A DNA stretch of 64,000 nucleotides from Alphaproteobacteria bacterium (lineage in GTDB: Bacteria > Pseudomonadota > Alphaproteobacteria > UBA828), in the NCBI GenBank assembly GCA_965220745.1, contig CBDCQT010000013.1, forward strand, positions 928,001-992,000, written 5' to 3'. Below, piece after piece: positions 40,429-50,800 of this stretch (position 1 is the stretch's first letter; the number at the start of each line of letters is the position of its first letter). A program made the position numbers and the translations under genes. The notes under the pieces are model-generated. The model did not search any database. It was not told the origin of the DNA and saw only the letters and a program-made list of their open reading frames with translations.

Positions 40429-41516
40429 GGCGCCACCGTGCACGGCTCGGGCTCGAAGCCGGGCAGGGTGGTCAGCGCCGGGTGCGCGAGCGCCAATGCC
40501 TTGAACAGGGTGCCCATCCCGTGCACGCCCGTGAGGCGGCGAAGCGCGGCGTCGATGTCGGCGGCCTGATCGGCGCTCGCGCCCTGCCGCAGCTGGGCCG
40601 CCCGAGCGTCGATTCCGAGTGCTCTCAGGATATCTCCCTGGGACACGGGTCCGAACACGCCGGCGCCTGCGTGTCGGGCCGCTGCCGCCAATGAGGAAAA
40701 GTCCACGTGAGCGGTGAGGTCGGCGTAACCGGGCTCGTCCAGCGCGTCGTGGCGACGGTGCCGCTTCACGGCTTGCAGGGTATCCCCGAAACCCGGTTGC
40801 TCGTGGCCGTAGTCGACGATGAGCGCCGCACCGCAATCGGCAACGATGCGTGCGGCGATGGCGCCTGCAAGTGCCTCCCGCGCCGGTGCGCGTTCGACGA
40901 TGGCGCCGGACGGCGCGCACCCGAGGCCATCCTCAACGGGGACCGAATCAGAGGCAGCGAAGCGGAGTGCCTGTGACGAGGGCACAAGCGTGACGACGCG
41001 CTCCTGCCACGCGTTGCCGACCCGCTCGAATTGCCGGATCGGCAACGCGTCGAAGAACTCGTTGGCGATGACCAGCACCGGACCGGGGGGCACGGTCTCG
41101 AACCGCTCGTGCCAGGTCGGTTGGGCGTCGGCGAGCAGAGCGGCCTGCTCCGCGCGCAGGCTCTGGTTCGACTCGACAAGATGCAGGTCGATGGCGTCGC
41201 GAAAGGCTGGCACGGTCCGCGCGGCGCGCAGCGCGTCGACGAGGAGGGTGCCGCGACCCGGTCCGAGCTCCACGAGGCGCACGCGTTTCGGCTGGCCCAT
41301 GCTCTGCCATACCGCCGCGCACCAGAGCCCGATCAGCTCGCCGAACATTTGGCTCACCTCGGGCGCGGTAACGAAGTCGCCGGCCGCACCGATGGGCCGG
41401 CCCCGGCGGTAATAGCCGTGGGTGGGATGATGGAGGCAAAGCTCCATGTAGGTGGCGACGCTGATCGGCCCGTCGCGCCGTATCCGCTCCCTTAATTCTT
41501 CCGCAAGCGCGCTCAT
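40425..41516 (-). CDS. MidA/NDUFAF7 family SAM-dependent methyltransferase
   Basis: GDFVTAPEVSQMFGELIG, VELGPGRGTL, ANEFFDALP, DLTAHVDF, MGTLFK. Confidence 0.93.
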   Translation of the reverse strand: MSALAEELRERIRRDGPISVATYMELCLHHPTHGYYRRGRPIGAAGDFVTAPEVSQMFGELIGLWCAAVWQSMGQPKRVRLVELGPGRGTLLVDALRAARTVPAFRDAIDLHLVESNQSLRAEQAALLADAQPTWHERFETVPPGPVLVIANEFFDALPIRQFERVGNAWQERVVTLVPSSQALRFAASDSVPVEDGLGCAPSGAIVERAPAREALAGAIAARIVADCGAALIVDYGHEQPGFGDTLQAVKRHRRHDALDEPGYADLTAHVDFSSLAAAARHAGAGVFGPVSQGDILRALGIDARAAQLRQGASADQAADIDAALRRLTGVHGMGTLFKALALAHPALTTLPGFEPEPCTVAP

Positions 41517-42343
41517 TACCCGGCCTGCCCGCCCGCTCGTCCGTCAATCCGAGGCACCGGCGGGATGCGGAGGATGAGGAAGAGTCCAAGCACGATCATC
41601 GGGAGCGAGAGCACCTGCCCCATGCTGATACCCGGCAGGATGAAGCCGAGGAACGCATCCGGCTCGCGGAACAGCTCGGCGATGATCCGGGCGACGCCGT
41701 AACCGGCGAAGAACATACCGGCGACGGTGCCCGGCCGCTGGACCACGCGCCGCATATGTACGGCGACCGCCAGGATCGTGAACAGGACCAGGCCTTCCAG
41801 GATTGCTTCGTAAATCTGGCTCGGGTGGCGTGGCTCGGGCCCGCCGCCGGGGAACACCATCGCCCACGAAACATCGCTCACCCGACCGTACAGCTCGCCG
41901 TTCACGAAGTTCGCCATGCGGCCCAGGAAGAGGCCGATCGGCACTTGCGCGCAAACCGCATCGGCGACGGAGAGCAGGCTGATCTTCATGATGCGGGTGT
42001 AGAGGACCACCACGACCAGCACGCCCAGGGCACCGCCGTGAAAGGACATCCCGCCCTGCCAGACCACGAAGATTTCACCGGGATTGGAGAAGTAGTAGCC
42101 CGGTTGATAGAACAGCACGTAGCCCAGCCTGCCGCCCACCACCACGCCGAGGGTGCCCATCACCAGCAGGTCGTCGGCGTGGCGCTTGGTCACTCCGTCG
42201 ATGCAATTCCCGGCGAGATAGCGGACGTACTGCCAACCGAGCAGCAGGCCAACGACGTAGGACAGCGCGTACCAGCGGATTGCGACGGGGCCGATCTCGA
42301 CGGCCACCGGGTCGATGGTGGGGAAGGCGAGGGCGAAGGTCAT
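41516..42343 (-). CDS. lgt: Prolipoprotein diacylglyceryl transferase
   Basis: IRWYAL, GGRLGYVLFY, GGMSFHGG, GRMANFVNGELYGR, RHPSQIYE. Confidence 0.97.
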   Translation of the reverse strand: MTFALAFPTIDPVAVEIGPVAIRWYALSYVVGLLLGWQYVRYLAGNCIDGVTKRHADDLLVMGTLGVVVGGRLGYVLFYQPGYYFSNPGEIFVVWQGGMSFHGGALGVLVVVVLYTRIMKISLLSVADAVCAQVPIGLFLGRMANFVNGELYGRVSDVSWAMVFPGGGPEPRHPSQIYEAILEGLVLFTILAVAVHMRRVVQRPGTVAGMFFAGYGVARIIAELFREPDAFLGFILPGISMGQVLSLPMIVLGLFLILRIPPVPRIDGRAGGQAG

Positions 42344-43344
42344 CGATAGGGGTCGTCCTGGCTCAGATAGTCACGCACATAGCAGCCGACACCATCTTCG
42401 ATAGCCATGAAGGGCGCCGTGTAGCCCGCGCGGCGGAGGCGTCCCGTCCGCGCCTCAGTAAAGTACTGGTAATGCGCGCGTATGGCTTGCGGCATCTCGA
42501 TATAGTCGATCGACGGTGCACGGCCGAGCGCCGCGAAGAGCGCATTCGCAAGCGCCGTAAAACTGCGCGCCGTTCCGGTCCCGACGTTGAACAAGCCGCT
42601 TATCTGCGGATTATCCAGCAGCCACAGCATCACGGCGACACAGTCTCCGACCCACACGAAGTCGCGGCATTGGCCGCCGTCGGGGTATTGCGAGTCGCAA
42701 GACTTGAAGAGGCGGATCGGTCGGCCCTCGGCCGCGTCGGGGTACGCGGTCGCCAAGACGCTGCGCTGGCCGTTCTTGTGATACTCGTTGGGGCCATAGA
42801 CGTTGAAGAATTTGAGGCCGGCCCACTGCGGCGGTCTCGGTGCGCCCGCTGCCACCTCGTGAGCGACACGGCGATCGAAGAGATGCTTGCTACGGCCGTA
42901 GCCGCTGAGCGGCTTCAGTCGGGCGAGCGCCTGGATCGAACCGTCATCGTCGAATCCGCGCGAACCGTCTCCGTAGGTGGCGGCCGATGAGGCGTAGATC
43001 AACGGCACACCCTCGGCCGCGCACCAGTGCCAGAGGCTCAGGCTGAAACGATAGTTGTTCCGCGCGAGCAGGCTCGCATCGGATTCGGTCGTGGACGAGA
43101 TGGCGCCCAAGTGAAAGACGGCGCGCACCTGCCCGGATTGGGCTGCGAGATGGGCGGGGAGGGCGGCCGGCTCGACGAAGGCGCCGAGCTTTCGCTCGGC
43201 GATGGTCCGGCCGTTGCCGCCCGCGCCCGGCCTGTCGCAGACCACCAAGGGGCCCTCGCCTCGCTCCTCCAGCGCGGCGATCAGGTTCGAGCCGATGAAG
43301 CCCGCACCGCCCGTGACGATGATCATGCCGTTGCCTTCTGCCAT
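42340..43344 (-). CDS. hldD: ADP-L-glycero-D-manno-heptose 6-epimerase
   Basis: IIVTGGAGFIGSN, HLGAISSTTE, YASSAATYG, YGRSK, FFNVYGPNEYHK, YQYFTEA. Confidence 0.9.
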   Translation of the reverse strand: MAEGNGMIIVTGGAGFIGSNLIAALEERGEGPLVVCDRPGAGGNGRTIAERKLGAFVEPAALPAHLAAQSGQVRAVFHLGAISSTTESDASLLARNNYRFSLSLWHWCAAEGVPLIYASSAATYGDGSRGFDDDGSIQALARLKPLSGYGRSKHLFDRRVAHEVAAGAPRPPQWAGLKFFNVYGPNEYHKNGQRSVLATAYPDAAEGRPIRLFKSCDSQYPDGGQCRDFVWVGDCVAVMLWLLDNPQISGLFNVGTGTARSFTALANALFAALGRAPSIDYIEMPQAIRAHYQYFTEARTGRLRRAGYTAPFMAIEDGVGCYVRDYLSQDDPYR

Positions 43345-43440
43345 ACCGTTCGACTCGGCGCGGCAGGTTATAGGGTCGCCCCGTCGGGGCCGGCAAGCAC
43401 CAAGCGGCACCGCCGCCCGTCGCCGGGACGGTCGATTCGG

Positions 43441-44319
43441 TCAGATCGTCCGTAACAGACCGCCCATGACCAGTCGCAGCTTCTGGGTCGCGGTGAACCG
43501 GATGCGCCGGCCGGCGACCGGGAAGTTCGCCCGCTCGATGCGGTCGAGATAGGCTTCGTAGACGCTGCGCATGAGGATGGCCGGCCGCATGGAGCGGCGT
43601 TCCGAACGCGGCAGTGCGTCGCTCGCCGCGCCGAAGTGCCGCCGCGCCATGCCGCCGAGGGTGCGGCAGACCTTCTCCACTCCCGGCGTGCGTCCGATCG
43701 CCTCCGGCTTGATGTCCGCGAGGCCCTGCTTTGCCAGCAGCTCTTGCGGCAGGTAGATGCGACCGCGCCTGGCGTCCTCGGCCACGTCGCGGAGGATATT
43801 GGTGAGTTGGAAGGCCTGGCCGAGATGGCGCGCGAAGGTGGGGATGGTGCGCGCCCGATACTCGAAAATTTCGACCGAGAGCAGGCCGACACAGCCGGCG
43901 ACACAGTGGCAGTAGCGTTCGAGTTCGGCCAGGGTGGGCCGCAGCATGGCGCCGCCGCCGTCCATCTCGAACCCTTCCAGAATTTCCATGAAGTGCTTCT
44001 CGGCGAGCCCGAAGCGCTCGACCGGAACGGCGAGCGCGCGTGTCACCGGATGGCTCGGCGCGCCTTGGTAGAGAGCGCGGACCTCGCCCCGCCAGGCGTC
44101 GATCAACGCACGCGACTCCGCCGGGTCCTCGATCTCGTCCGCAACGTCGTCGGTCTCCCGACAGAAGGCGTAGAGCGCCAGCATCGCCTCGCGCTTCTCG
44201 CGCGGCAGCAGCATCATCGGCAGGAAGAACGAACTCCCGGACGCCCGCGTCACCTCGGCGACGTAGCGCTTCGGGTCGGGCGCCTCGGGAATCGGCAGGG
44301 TGACGGCCGTGCTCACCAT
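43441..44319 (-). CDS. hpnD: Presqualene diphosphate synthase HpnD
   Basis: SGSSFF, YAFCRETDDVAD, VAGCVG, QLTNILRDVAED, GRIYLP. Confidence 0.88.
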   Translation of the reverse strand: MVSTAVTLPIPEAPDPKRYVAEVTRASGSSFFLPMMLLPREKREAMLALYAFCRETDDVADEIEDPAESRALIDAWRGEVRALYQGAPSHPVTRALAVPVERFGLAEKHFMEILEGFEMDGGGAMLRPTLAELERYCHCVAGCVGLLSVEIFEYRARTIPTFARHLGQAFQLTNILRDVAEDARRGRIYLPQELLAKQGLADIKPEAIGRTPGVEKVCRTLGGMARRHFGAASDALPRSERRSMRPAILMRSVYEAYLDRIERANFPVAGRRIRFTATQKLRLVMGGLLRTI

Positions 44320-45197
44320 GCCTGGACGATGCCGCTCAGCGCGAGGCCGACGCGGCTCACTTTGGGCACCCTGATTCGGCCGGCGAGGGGGTCGCCCCGC
44401 GCCAGCCGGTGCTGGAGCGCCCAGGCCAGCTTGACGATCACCGCGCACTCCCAGCGGAAGCGCCGGCGGCGCACCGAGCGCGGCATCGCCTCGGCGCGCC
44501 GGAGCAGATCCGCGGTTCCTTCCACGCACCGGTCGATGGCGTGGCGTACCGCCGGCGCCGCCCGCCGCTCGGCGAGCATCTCGACTCCGCCGCCAGCCTC
44601 TCTTAGCCAGGGTTCTGGCACATACACGCGATCGAGCGCGAGGTAGTCCTCACCGCAGTCCTGCAGATGGTTGAGCACCTGGAGGGCGTTGCAGAGCGCG
44701 TCCGAGCCCTCGATATCGGCGTGCCCGCTTTCGCCGTGGATGTCCATCATCACCCGGCCGACCGATGCCGCCGAACGCTGGCAATAGTCCATCAAGTCGT
44801 CCCAGTCGGCGTAGCGTAGCTTGGTCGCGTCCTGGATGAAGGCGGAGAGCAGGTCGCGCCCGTTCTGCGCCGGGCATCCGGTCTCGATCAGGCTCCGGTG
44901 GTAGGGCACCGCCCAATCAGGGAGCGCCGCCTCGTCCTTGCCGAGGGCGTCGCTCGCGTCTTGCAGCCGGGCCACCTTCTCGGCTGCCGGGATGGTTGGC
45001 GAATCGGCGATGTCGTCGGCCTTGCGGGCAAACAGGTAGAAGGCGTGCACGTGGGGCCGGCAGTCGGGCGGGATCAGGAAGGAGCCGATCGGGAAGTTCT
45101 CGGTGTTGGCGCGGATCAGCGCGCGGATGTTCTCCTCGCGCGCAGCCGGCGCCTGGCCGCCCGTCGCTTCCACCGCCGCAGATGCGGAAGCCGTCAT
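44313..45197 (-). CDS. hpnC: Hydroxysqualene synthase HpnC
   Basis: ENFPIGS, FARKADDIAD, LLSAFIQD, SAASVGR, LQVLNHLQD, LDRVYVP. Confidence 0.88.
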   Translation of the reverse strand: MTASASAAVEATGGQAPAAREENIRALIRANTENFPIGSFLIPPDCRPHVHAFYLFARKADDIADSPTIPAAEKVARLQDASDALGKDEAALPDWAVPYHRSLIETGCPAQNGRDLLSAFIQDATKLRYADWDDLMDYCQRSAASVGRVMMDIHGESGHADIEGSDALCNALQVLNHLQDCGEDYLALDRVYVPEPWLREAGGGVEMLAERRAAPAVRHAIDRCVEGTADLLRRAEAMPRSVRRRRFRWECAVIVKLAWALQHRLARGDPLAGRIRVPKVSRVGLALSGIVQAW

Positions 45198-45203
45198 CGG
45201 CTG

Positions 45204-46430
45204 CTAGTCGGCACCGGCGAGCAGCCGCTCGGCGTGCTCCCTGGCGGAGCGGTCGATCTCGTACACGTCGTCGAGCCCACCCACGGTGCGGTGGTTGGTC
45301 TGCTCCAGGCAGCGCTCGACCGTCTGCGCGATCTCCAGAAAGCCGATTTGGCGCTCCAGAAAACTGCCCACGGCGACCTCGTTGGCAGCGTTGAGCACGA
45401 TTGGCGCACTGCCGCCCTGCGCCAGGGCCTCGCGCGCGAGCCTAAGCGCGGGGAAGCGCGCCTCATCCGGCGGCTCGAAGGTGAGGCGGCCGAGCGCCGC
45501 GAGGTCGAGCCTGGGCGAGGGCGCCGCCATGCGGGCCGGCCAGGCAAGAGCGTAGGCGATCGGCGTGCGCATGTCGGGCGTGCCGAGCTGCGCGAGCACC
45601 GAGCCGTCCTCGTAGGCCACCATGCTGTGGATTACCGATTGCGGATGCACCAGCACCTCGATCTGCTCCGCATCCACCGGAAACAAGTGAAAGGCCTCGA
45701 TCATCTCGAGGCCCTTGTTCATCATCGTCGCGGAATCCACCGAAATCTTGGCGCCCATGTCCCAATTGGGGTGGGCGACCGCCTGCTCGGGCGTGGCCTG
45801 CCCCATGGTTTCCACCGACGCCTCGCGGAAGGGCCCGCCCGAGGCGGTGAGCACGATCTTCTCCACGCTCTCGCTGCGCTTGAAATCGAACACCTGATAG
45901 ATGGCGTTGTGCTCCGAGTCGACCGGAAGCAGCGTCGCGCCGCCACGCTCGACCTCGGCGAGCATGAGCGAGCCGGCGCAGACCAGGCACTCCTTGTTGG
46001 CGAGGCCGATGACCGCGCCTCGCGTGGCGGCGGCGAGCGTGGGCTTCAGCCCCGCCGCGCCGACGATCCCGGCCATGACAAAATCGGCGGGTGCTGCTGC
46101 GGCTTCGACCAGAGCCTCACGCCCGGCCGCGGCAACGGTATCCGCGCCCGCGAGCGCCTCCTTGAGCGCGCCGTAGAGCGTGGGATCGCCGATGACGGCC
46201 TGCTTCGCGCCGACCGCGCGGGCCTGTTCGGCGAGTTGCTCTACGCTGCGCTGGGCGGTCAGCGCCTCGACCTCGAAAGCCGCCGGGTGGCGGGCGATCA
46301 GGTCGATAGTGTTGCAGCCGATTGAGCCGGTGGAGCCCAGGATGGTGACGCGCCGGGGCGCCGCACCCTCGCCAGCGGCGGGGATGTATGATTCGGGCGA
46401 GACGTCGACGGCCGCGTCCATCGGCGCCAT
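45204..46430 (-). CDS. dxr: 1-deoxy-D-xylulose-5-phosphate reductoisomerase
   Basis: ILGSTGSIG, LANKE, PVDSEH, TASGGPF, HPNWDMGAKISVDSATMMNKGLE, NAANE. Confidence 0.97.
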   Translation of the reverse strand: MAPMDAAVDVSPESYIPAAGEGAAPRRVTILGSTGSIGCNTIDLIARHPAAFEVEALTAQRSVEQLAEQARAVGAKQAVIGDPTLYGALKEALAGADTVAAAGREALVEAAAAPADFVMAGIVGAAGLKPTLAAATRGAVIGLANKECLVCAGSLMLAEVERGGATLLPVDSEHNAIYQVFDFKRSESVEKIVLTASGGPFREASVETMGQATPEQAVAHPNWDMGAKISVDSATMMNKGLEMIEAFHLFPVDAEQIEVLVHPQSVIHSMVAYEDGSVLAQLGTPDMRTPIAYALAWPARMAAPSPRLDLAALGRLTFEPPDEARFPALRLAREALAQGGSAPIVLNAANEVAVGSFLERQIGFLEIAQTVERCLEQTNHRTVGGLDDVYEIDRSAREHAERLLAGAD

Positions 46431-46556
46431 TCACGAAGTTCCTTCGTCAGCCGGACTCTTGGCGTAGTATGGGGAATATCTTTCCAGCCCTCTCCCGCCA
46501 CCGCAACAACAAAGGCCGGGAGGCCGGGCGAGAGACCCGCGCCGCCGGAGGACGAC

Positions 46557-46889
46557 ATGAGCCTGACCAGCAAGACCTGCGAACCCTGCCGGGGCGGCAT
46601 TCCGCCCCTCGAAGAAGCCGAAGCACGCGCGTTTCTGGACCAAACGCCGGGATGGGAGCTGATCGACGACGCCACCAAGATCCGCCGCACCTTCAAGCTC
46701 GGCGACTTCGTGGAGTCCATCGCGCTGGTGAACAGGGTGGGCGACCTCGCCGAGGAGGAGGGCCATCACCCCGACATCACCTTCGGCTGGGGCTATTGCA
46801 CGGTCCTGTTCTACACCCACAAGATCAAGGGCCTGCACGAGAACGATTTCATCATGGCGGCCAAGGTCAACGAGCTGGCTGGCGGTTAG
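46557..46889 (+). CDS. phhB: Pterin-4-alpha-carbinolamine dehydratase
   Basis: CEPCRGG, EEGHHPDI, THKIKGLHENDFIMAAK; GGAGGA SD. Confidence 0.92.
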   Translation: MSLTSKTCEPCRGGIPPLEEAEARAFLDQTPGWELIDDATKIRRTFKLGDFVESIALVNRVGDLAEEEGHHPDITFGWGYCTVLFYTHKIKGLHENDFIMAAKVNELAGG

Positions 46890-47004
46890 CGTCCTTATCG
46901 AAGGTCTTGCATGGTTCGACGCCCTGGTTCCACTCCGCTCTGCCGGCTTTGCTGACGGCTGATGCGGTTTGGTTGACCCCCGCGCGTCGGGTCGCCTGCG
47001 CAGC

Positions 47005-47508
47005 TCACCCGTCCAGCAACGCGTCCAGTTCGGACATCCGCAGGATCAGCATCAGCGGCTCGCGATTCGAGAACGGACGGAATCCGAACCGTCCGTAAAA
47101 CGTCCTTGCCTGCTCGTCGATGGCCTGCACCACGATGGCGCGGGCACCGATGACCTCTGCCGCGGCCCGAGCGCGGCGCGAAGCGTCGACCAGCAGGTCG
47201 GAGCCGAGCCGCCGACCCTGGTAGGCACTGTCCACGGCAAGCTGTCCCAACAGGATGACCGGGACCGGTTCGGGCATGTTGCGGCTCGCCCGCGACGAAA
47301 GTCGCCGCTTCTCGATGGCGCTTGCGGCCAGGCTGTAGAAGCCGGCCACCCGGTCGCCGTCGCAGACGACATAGGTGCGTGCGCCGCCTTTGGCCTCGTT
47401 GAGACGTGCCTTGCCTTGCAGCCAGGCGTCGAGGGCAGGTACGCCCGATGAGAATTGCGAGACGTCGTGCCGGGGGCCGAGCGGCTCCGGCGCTGCTACC
47501 GGTCCCAC
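47005..47508 (-). CDS. GNAT acetyltransferase toxin (AtaT/TacT type)
   Basis: FSSGVPALDAWL, GFYSL, PVPVILLGQLAVD, QGRRLG, FYGRFGF; overlaps the DUF1778 gene. Confidence 0.88.
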   Translation of the reverse strand: MGPVAAPEPLGPRHDVSQFSSGVPALDAWLQGKARLNEAKGGARTYVVCDGDRVAGFYSLAASAIEKRRLSSRASRNMPEPVPVILLGQLAVDSAYQGRRLGSDLLVDASRRARAAAEVIGARAIVVQAIDEQARTFYGRFGFRPFSNREPLMLILRMSELDALLDG

Positions 47509-47753
47509 TGCGGCCGGCGCGCGTAACGCTCCTTCACGGCGGGATCGGATTCCACCGGTGCGTCCAGCGCAGCGACGAACGCGTCCCAGGCCTCATCGTC
47601 GAGGGCGATGATCGGGCGCTCGTTCAGAGTCTCAATCGCCGCCGCCTCGCTCGACCGCAGCACGAACTCGGTCCGTGTGACACCCCGGATCGCCGCCGCG
47701 CGGTCGATGAAGGCGAGTCGCTCTTCGGACATCCGGAAGTTGACCTGGGCCAT
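47496..47753 (-). CDS. DUF1778 ribbon-helix-helix antitoxin
   Basis: VNFRM, IDRAAA, TEFVL, FVAALDAP; GGAGG SD. Confidence 0.88.
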   Translation of the reverse strand: MAQVNFRMSEERLAFIDRAAAIRGVTRTEFVLRSSEAAAIETLNERPIIALDDEAWDAFVAALDAPVESDPAVKERYARRPQWDR

Positions 47754-47801
47754 TGTGGCCTCCCTCGCGCGGGTTGCAGATGCATTACCTTCAGGCCCGA
47801 G

Positions 47802-47830
47802 TGTATAGCATATGTATAGACAATTGGCAA
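47802..47830 (-). promoter_or_regulatory. TA operon promoter with overlapping repeat (probable autoregulatory operator)
   Basis: TTGCCA-17 bp-TATACA; CTATACA repeated with 11-bp spacing (47802-47808 and 47813-47819). Confidence 0.55.
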
Positions 47831-47858
47831 TCGGATACGCGTCCTGGACAGCGTGACG

Positions 47859-50800
47859 CTAGTGCGGTGTCGATTCTCCGGCGAGGGCACAGAGGTCTCG
47901 CAGGATGCGCTGGACGCCTTCCAGCCGTGCCTCTGCGTCGGGCCAGCGGCGTACCGCCACGAGGCGGTTGTCGGGCCGGAGACGCAGCTCGTTCTCCGGC
48001 GCCGAGACGTAGCGGACCAGCGCCGCAGGCTCTACGAAGCCGCCTCCGCGGAAGCTCAGCACCGCGCCTTTGGGCCCAGCCTCCACGCGCTCGATGCCGC
48101 TCTGCCGGCAGAGTTGCTTGATCGCCATAATTTCGAGCAGATGGTGCACCGATGCCGGCGGCGGGCCGAAGCGGTCGGTCAGCTCGTCGACGAAGGCGTC
48201 GATCCCGGCCTGGTCTTCGAGCGCGGCGACGCGGCGATAGAGGGTGAGCCGCACGTCGAGATCGCGCACGTAGCTCTCGGGGATCAGCACCGAGGTGCCG
48301 AGGCTGATGGTGGGCGACCAGCGCTCGGCCGGCGGCGCCTCGCTACCCGCGGCGGCACGCGCGGTTGCCACGGCCTCCTCCAACATGTGCTGATAGAGCT
48401 CGATGCCGACCTCGCGGATGTGGCCTGACTGTTCCGCGCCCAGCAGGTTGCCCGCGCCTCTGATGTCGAGGTCGTGGCTCGCCAGGCTGAAGCCCGCACC
48501 CAAGCCGTCGAGGCGGTGGATGACCTGAAGCCGCTTGTGGGCGTCATCGGTGAGCCGATGGCCAGGTGGCAGCGTCAGATACGCGTAGCCGCGCAGCTTC
48601 GCTCGGCCGATCCGCCCGCGCAGCTGGTAGAGTTGGGCGAGGCCGAAGCGGTCCGCGCGATGGACGATCATTGTGTTGACACGCTGCAGGTCGAGCCCCG
48701 ATTCGATGATCGCGGTGGAGACCAGCACGTCGAACTTGCCGTCGTAGAAGTCGCCCATGACGGTATCGAGGGAGCGCGCGGCGAGCCGGCCGTGGGCGAC
48801 GGCGACCTTCACCTCGGGCACCAGGCGGCGCACGCGCTCGGCCACCTCGTCGAGGTCGGCGATGCGCGGGCAGACGTAGAAGGTCTGGCCGCCGCGCAGG
48901 TGCTCGCGCATCAGCGCCTCGCGCACGACCACCGGGTCGAAGGGCAGGATGAAGGTGCGCACCGCGAGGCGATCCACCGGGGGAGTCGCGATGACGCTCA
49001 TGTCGCGCACGCCGCTCAGCGCCATCTGAAGCGTGCGGGGAATCGGCGTCGCGGTGAGGGTCAGGACATGGGCTTCGGCCTTGAGCTGCTTCAGGCGCTC
49101 CTTGTGGGCGACGCCGAAGTGCTGCTCCTCGTCCACGACGACGAGACCGAGATCGTTGAAGGCGATCTGCTTGCCGAGCAGCGCGTGGGTGCCGATGACG
49201 ATGTCGACCGTGCCGGCGGCGATCCCGCGCTTGGTCTCCGCCTGCTCCTTGGCCGGCACCAAGCGCGAGAGCTGTGCGATCTCTACCGGCAGCCGGGCAA
49301 AGCGCTCTCTGAAGGTCTGCATATGCTGCCGTGAGAGCAATGTGGTCGGCGTCAGCACCGCGACCTGCTTGCCGGCGTGGACCGCATGGAAGGCGGCGCG
49401 CAGAGCCACTTCGGTCTTGCCGAAGCCGACGTCGCCGCAGATCAGGCGGTCCATCGCCCGGCCGGCGTCGAGATCGCCGATGGCCTCGTCGATGGCGCGC
49501 GCTTGATCGTCGGTCTCGACGTAAGGGAAGCCCGCGCAGAAGGCGTCGTAGAGGGCGCCTGGCGCCGTCAGCTGCGGCGCAGGCCGGGTCGCACGCTCGG
49601 CCGCGAGCCCGATGAGCTGGTTCGCCATGTCGCGGATGCGCTGCTTGAGCTTCGCCTTGCGCGCCTGCCAGCCCGCGCCGCCCAGCCGGTCGAGCGCGAC
49701 CGGGCGATCGGCCGAGCCGTAGCGCGAGAGCAGCTCGATATTCTCGACGGGGAGGAACAGGCGGTCGTCGCCCTCGTAGAGAATGCGCAGGCAATCGTGG
49801 GGCGCGTGATCGACCTCAAGGGTCACCAGGCCGTCGTAGCGGCCGATGCCGTGGTCGACGTGCACGACCAGGTCGCCGTCGGAGAGCGCCGCCACATCGA
49901 CGAGAAACTCGTCGGCGGGCTTCCGGCGCCGGCGTTCCGGCCGACTCGCGCGGGCGCCGAGGATGTCTTGCTCGGCGATCACGGCGAGGCCCGCCGAGAC
50001 GAAGCCCCGCTCCAGCGGCAGCACCGCCGCCGCTGCCATCTCAGGCGGCAGCGCGCCGGCCGCCTGCCAGTCCGCGACCGGCTCGATCGCGTGCACGCCG
50101 TGCTCCCGCAGCAGACGGACCATGCGGTCGCGGCTGCCGGCGCCGCCGCCCGCGATCAGAACCCTGAGGCCGCTTTCTTGCAGATGGTCGATGTGCTCCC
50201 CGACCGTCTCGAACAGCGCTCCGTGACGCTGCGCGCGCTCGGCGACGAAGTCGCGCCCATCGCGGGCACCTGCATCCGCTCCGCCTTCGGCTTCGACGAA
50301 GGGCGAGCATTGCACGACCGGTCGCCCGGCGAGCCGCCGTCCCCATTCGTCGGCATCGAGAAAGAGCGCCTCGGGCGGGACCGGGTGATAGGGCGTGTCC
50401 ACGACCGAAGAGGAGGGCGGATTGGCGCGCGCACCGTAGAAATCAGCGATGGTCTCGAAGCGGTCGTCGCGCACTTCCGCCGCACGGTGGTCAAGGAGCA
50501 CGGGGCCCTCGGGAACGTAATCGAAGAGCGTCTCCAGCCCTTCGTGAAACATCGGCAGCCAGTGCTCGATGCCGGGATAGCGCCGGCCGGCAGAGACCGC
50601 TTCGTAGAGCGGATCGTCGCCTGAGACGGCGCCGAACTGCCGGCGATAGGCGCCGCGGAAGCGCGCGATCGACTGCGGGTTGAGCAGCACCTCGCTGACC
50701 GGGGCGAGGTGCAACGTGCCGGCGGGCTCGTCGCGACGCTGCGACAGCGGGTCGAACCAGTGCATGGTCTCGATGACATCGCCAAAGAAGTCGAGTCGCA

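Noticed and set aside
46905-46940. GGTTCGA T-loop-like motif beside the TA module (possible tRNA remnant or att site)
   Set aside because: Imperfect T-stem, no acceptor stem, CCA or cloverleaf, and no second copy.
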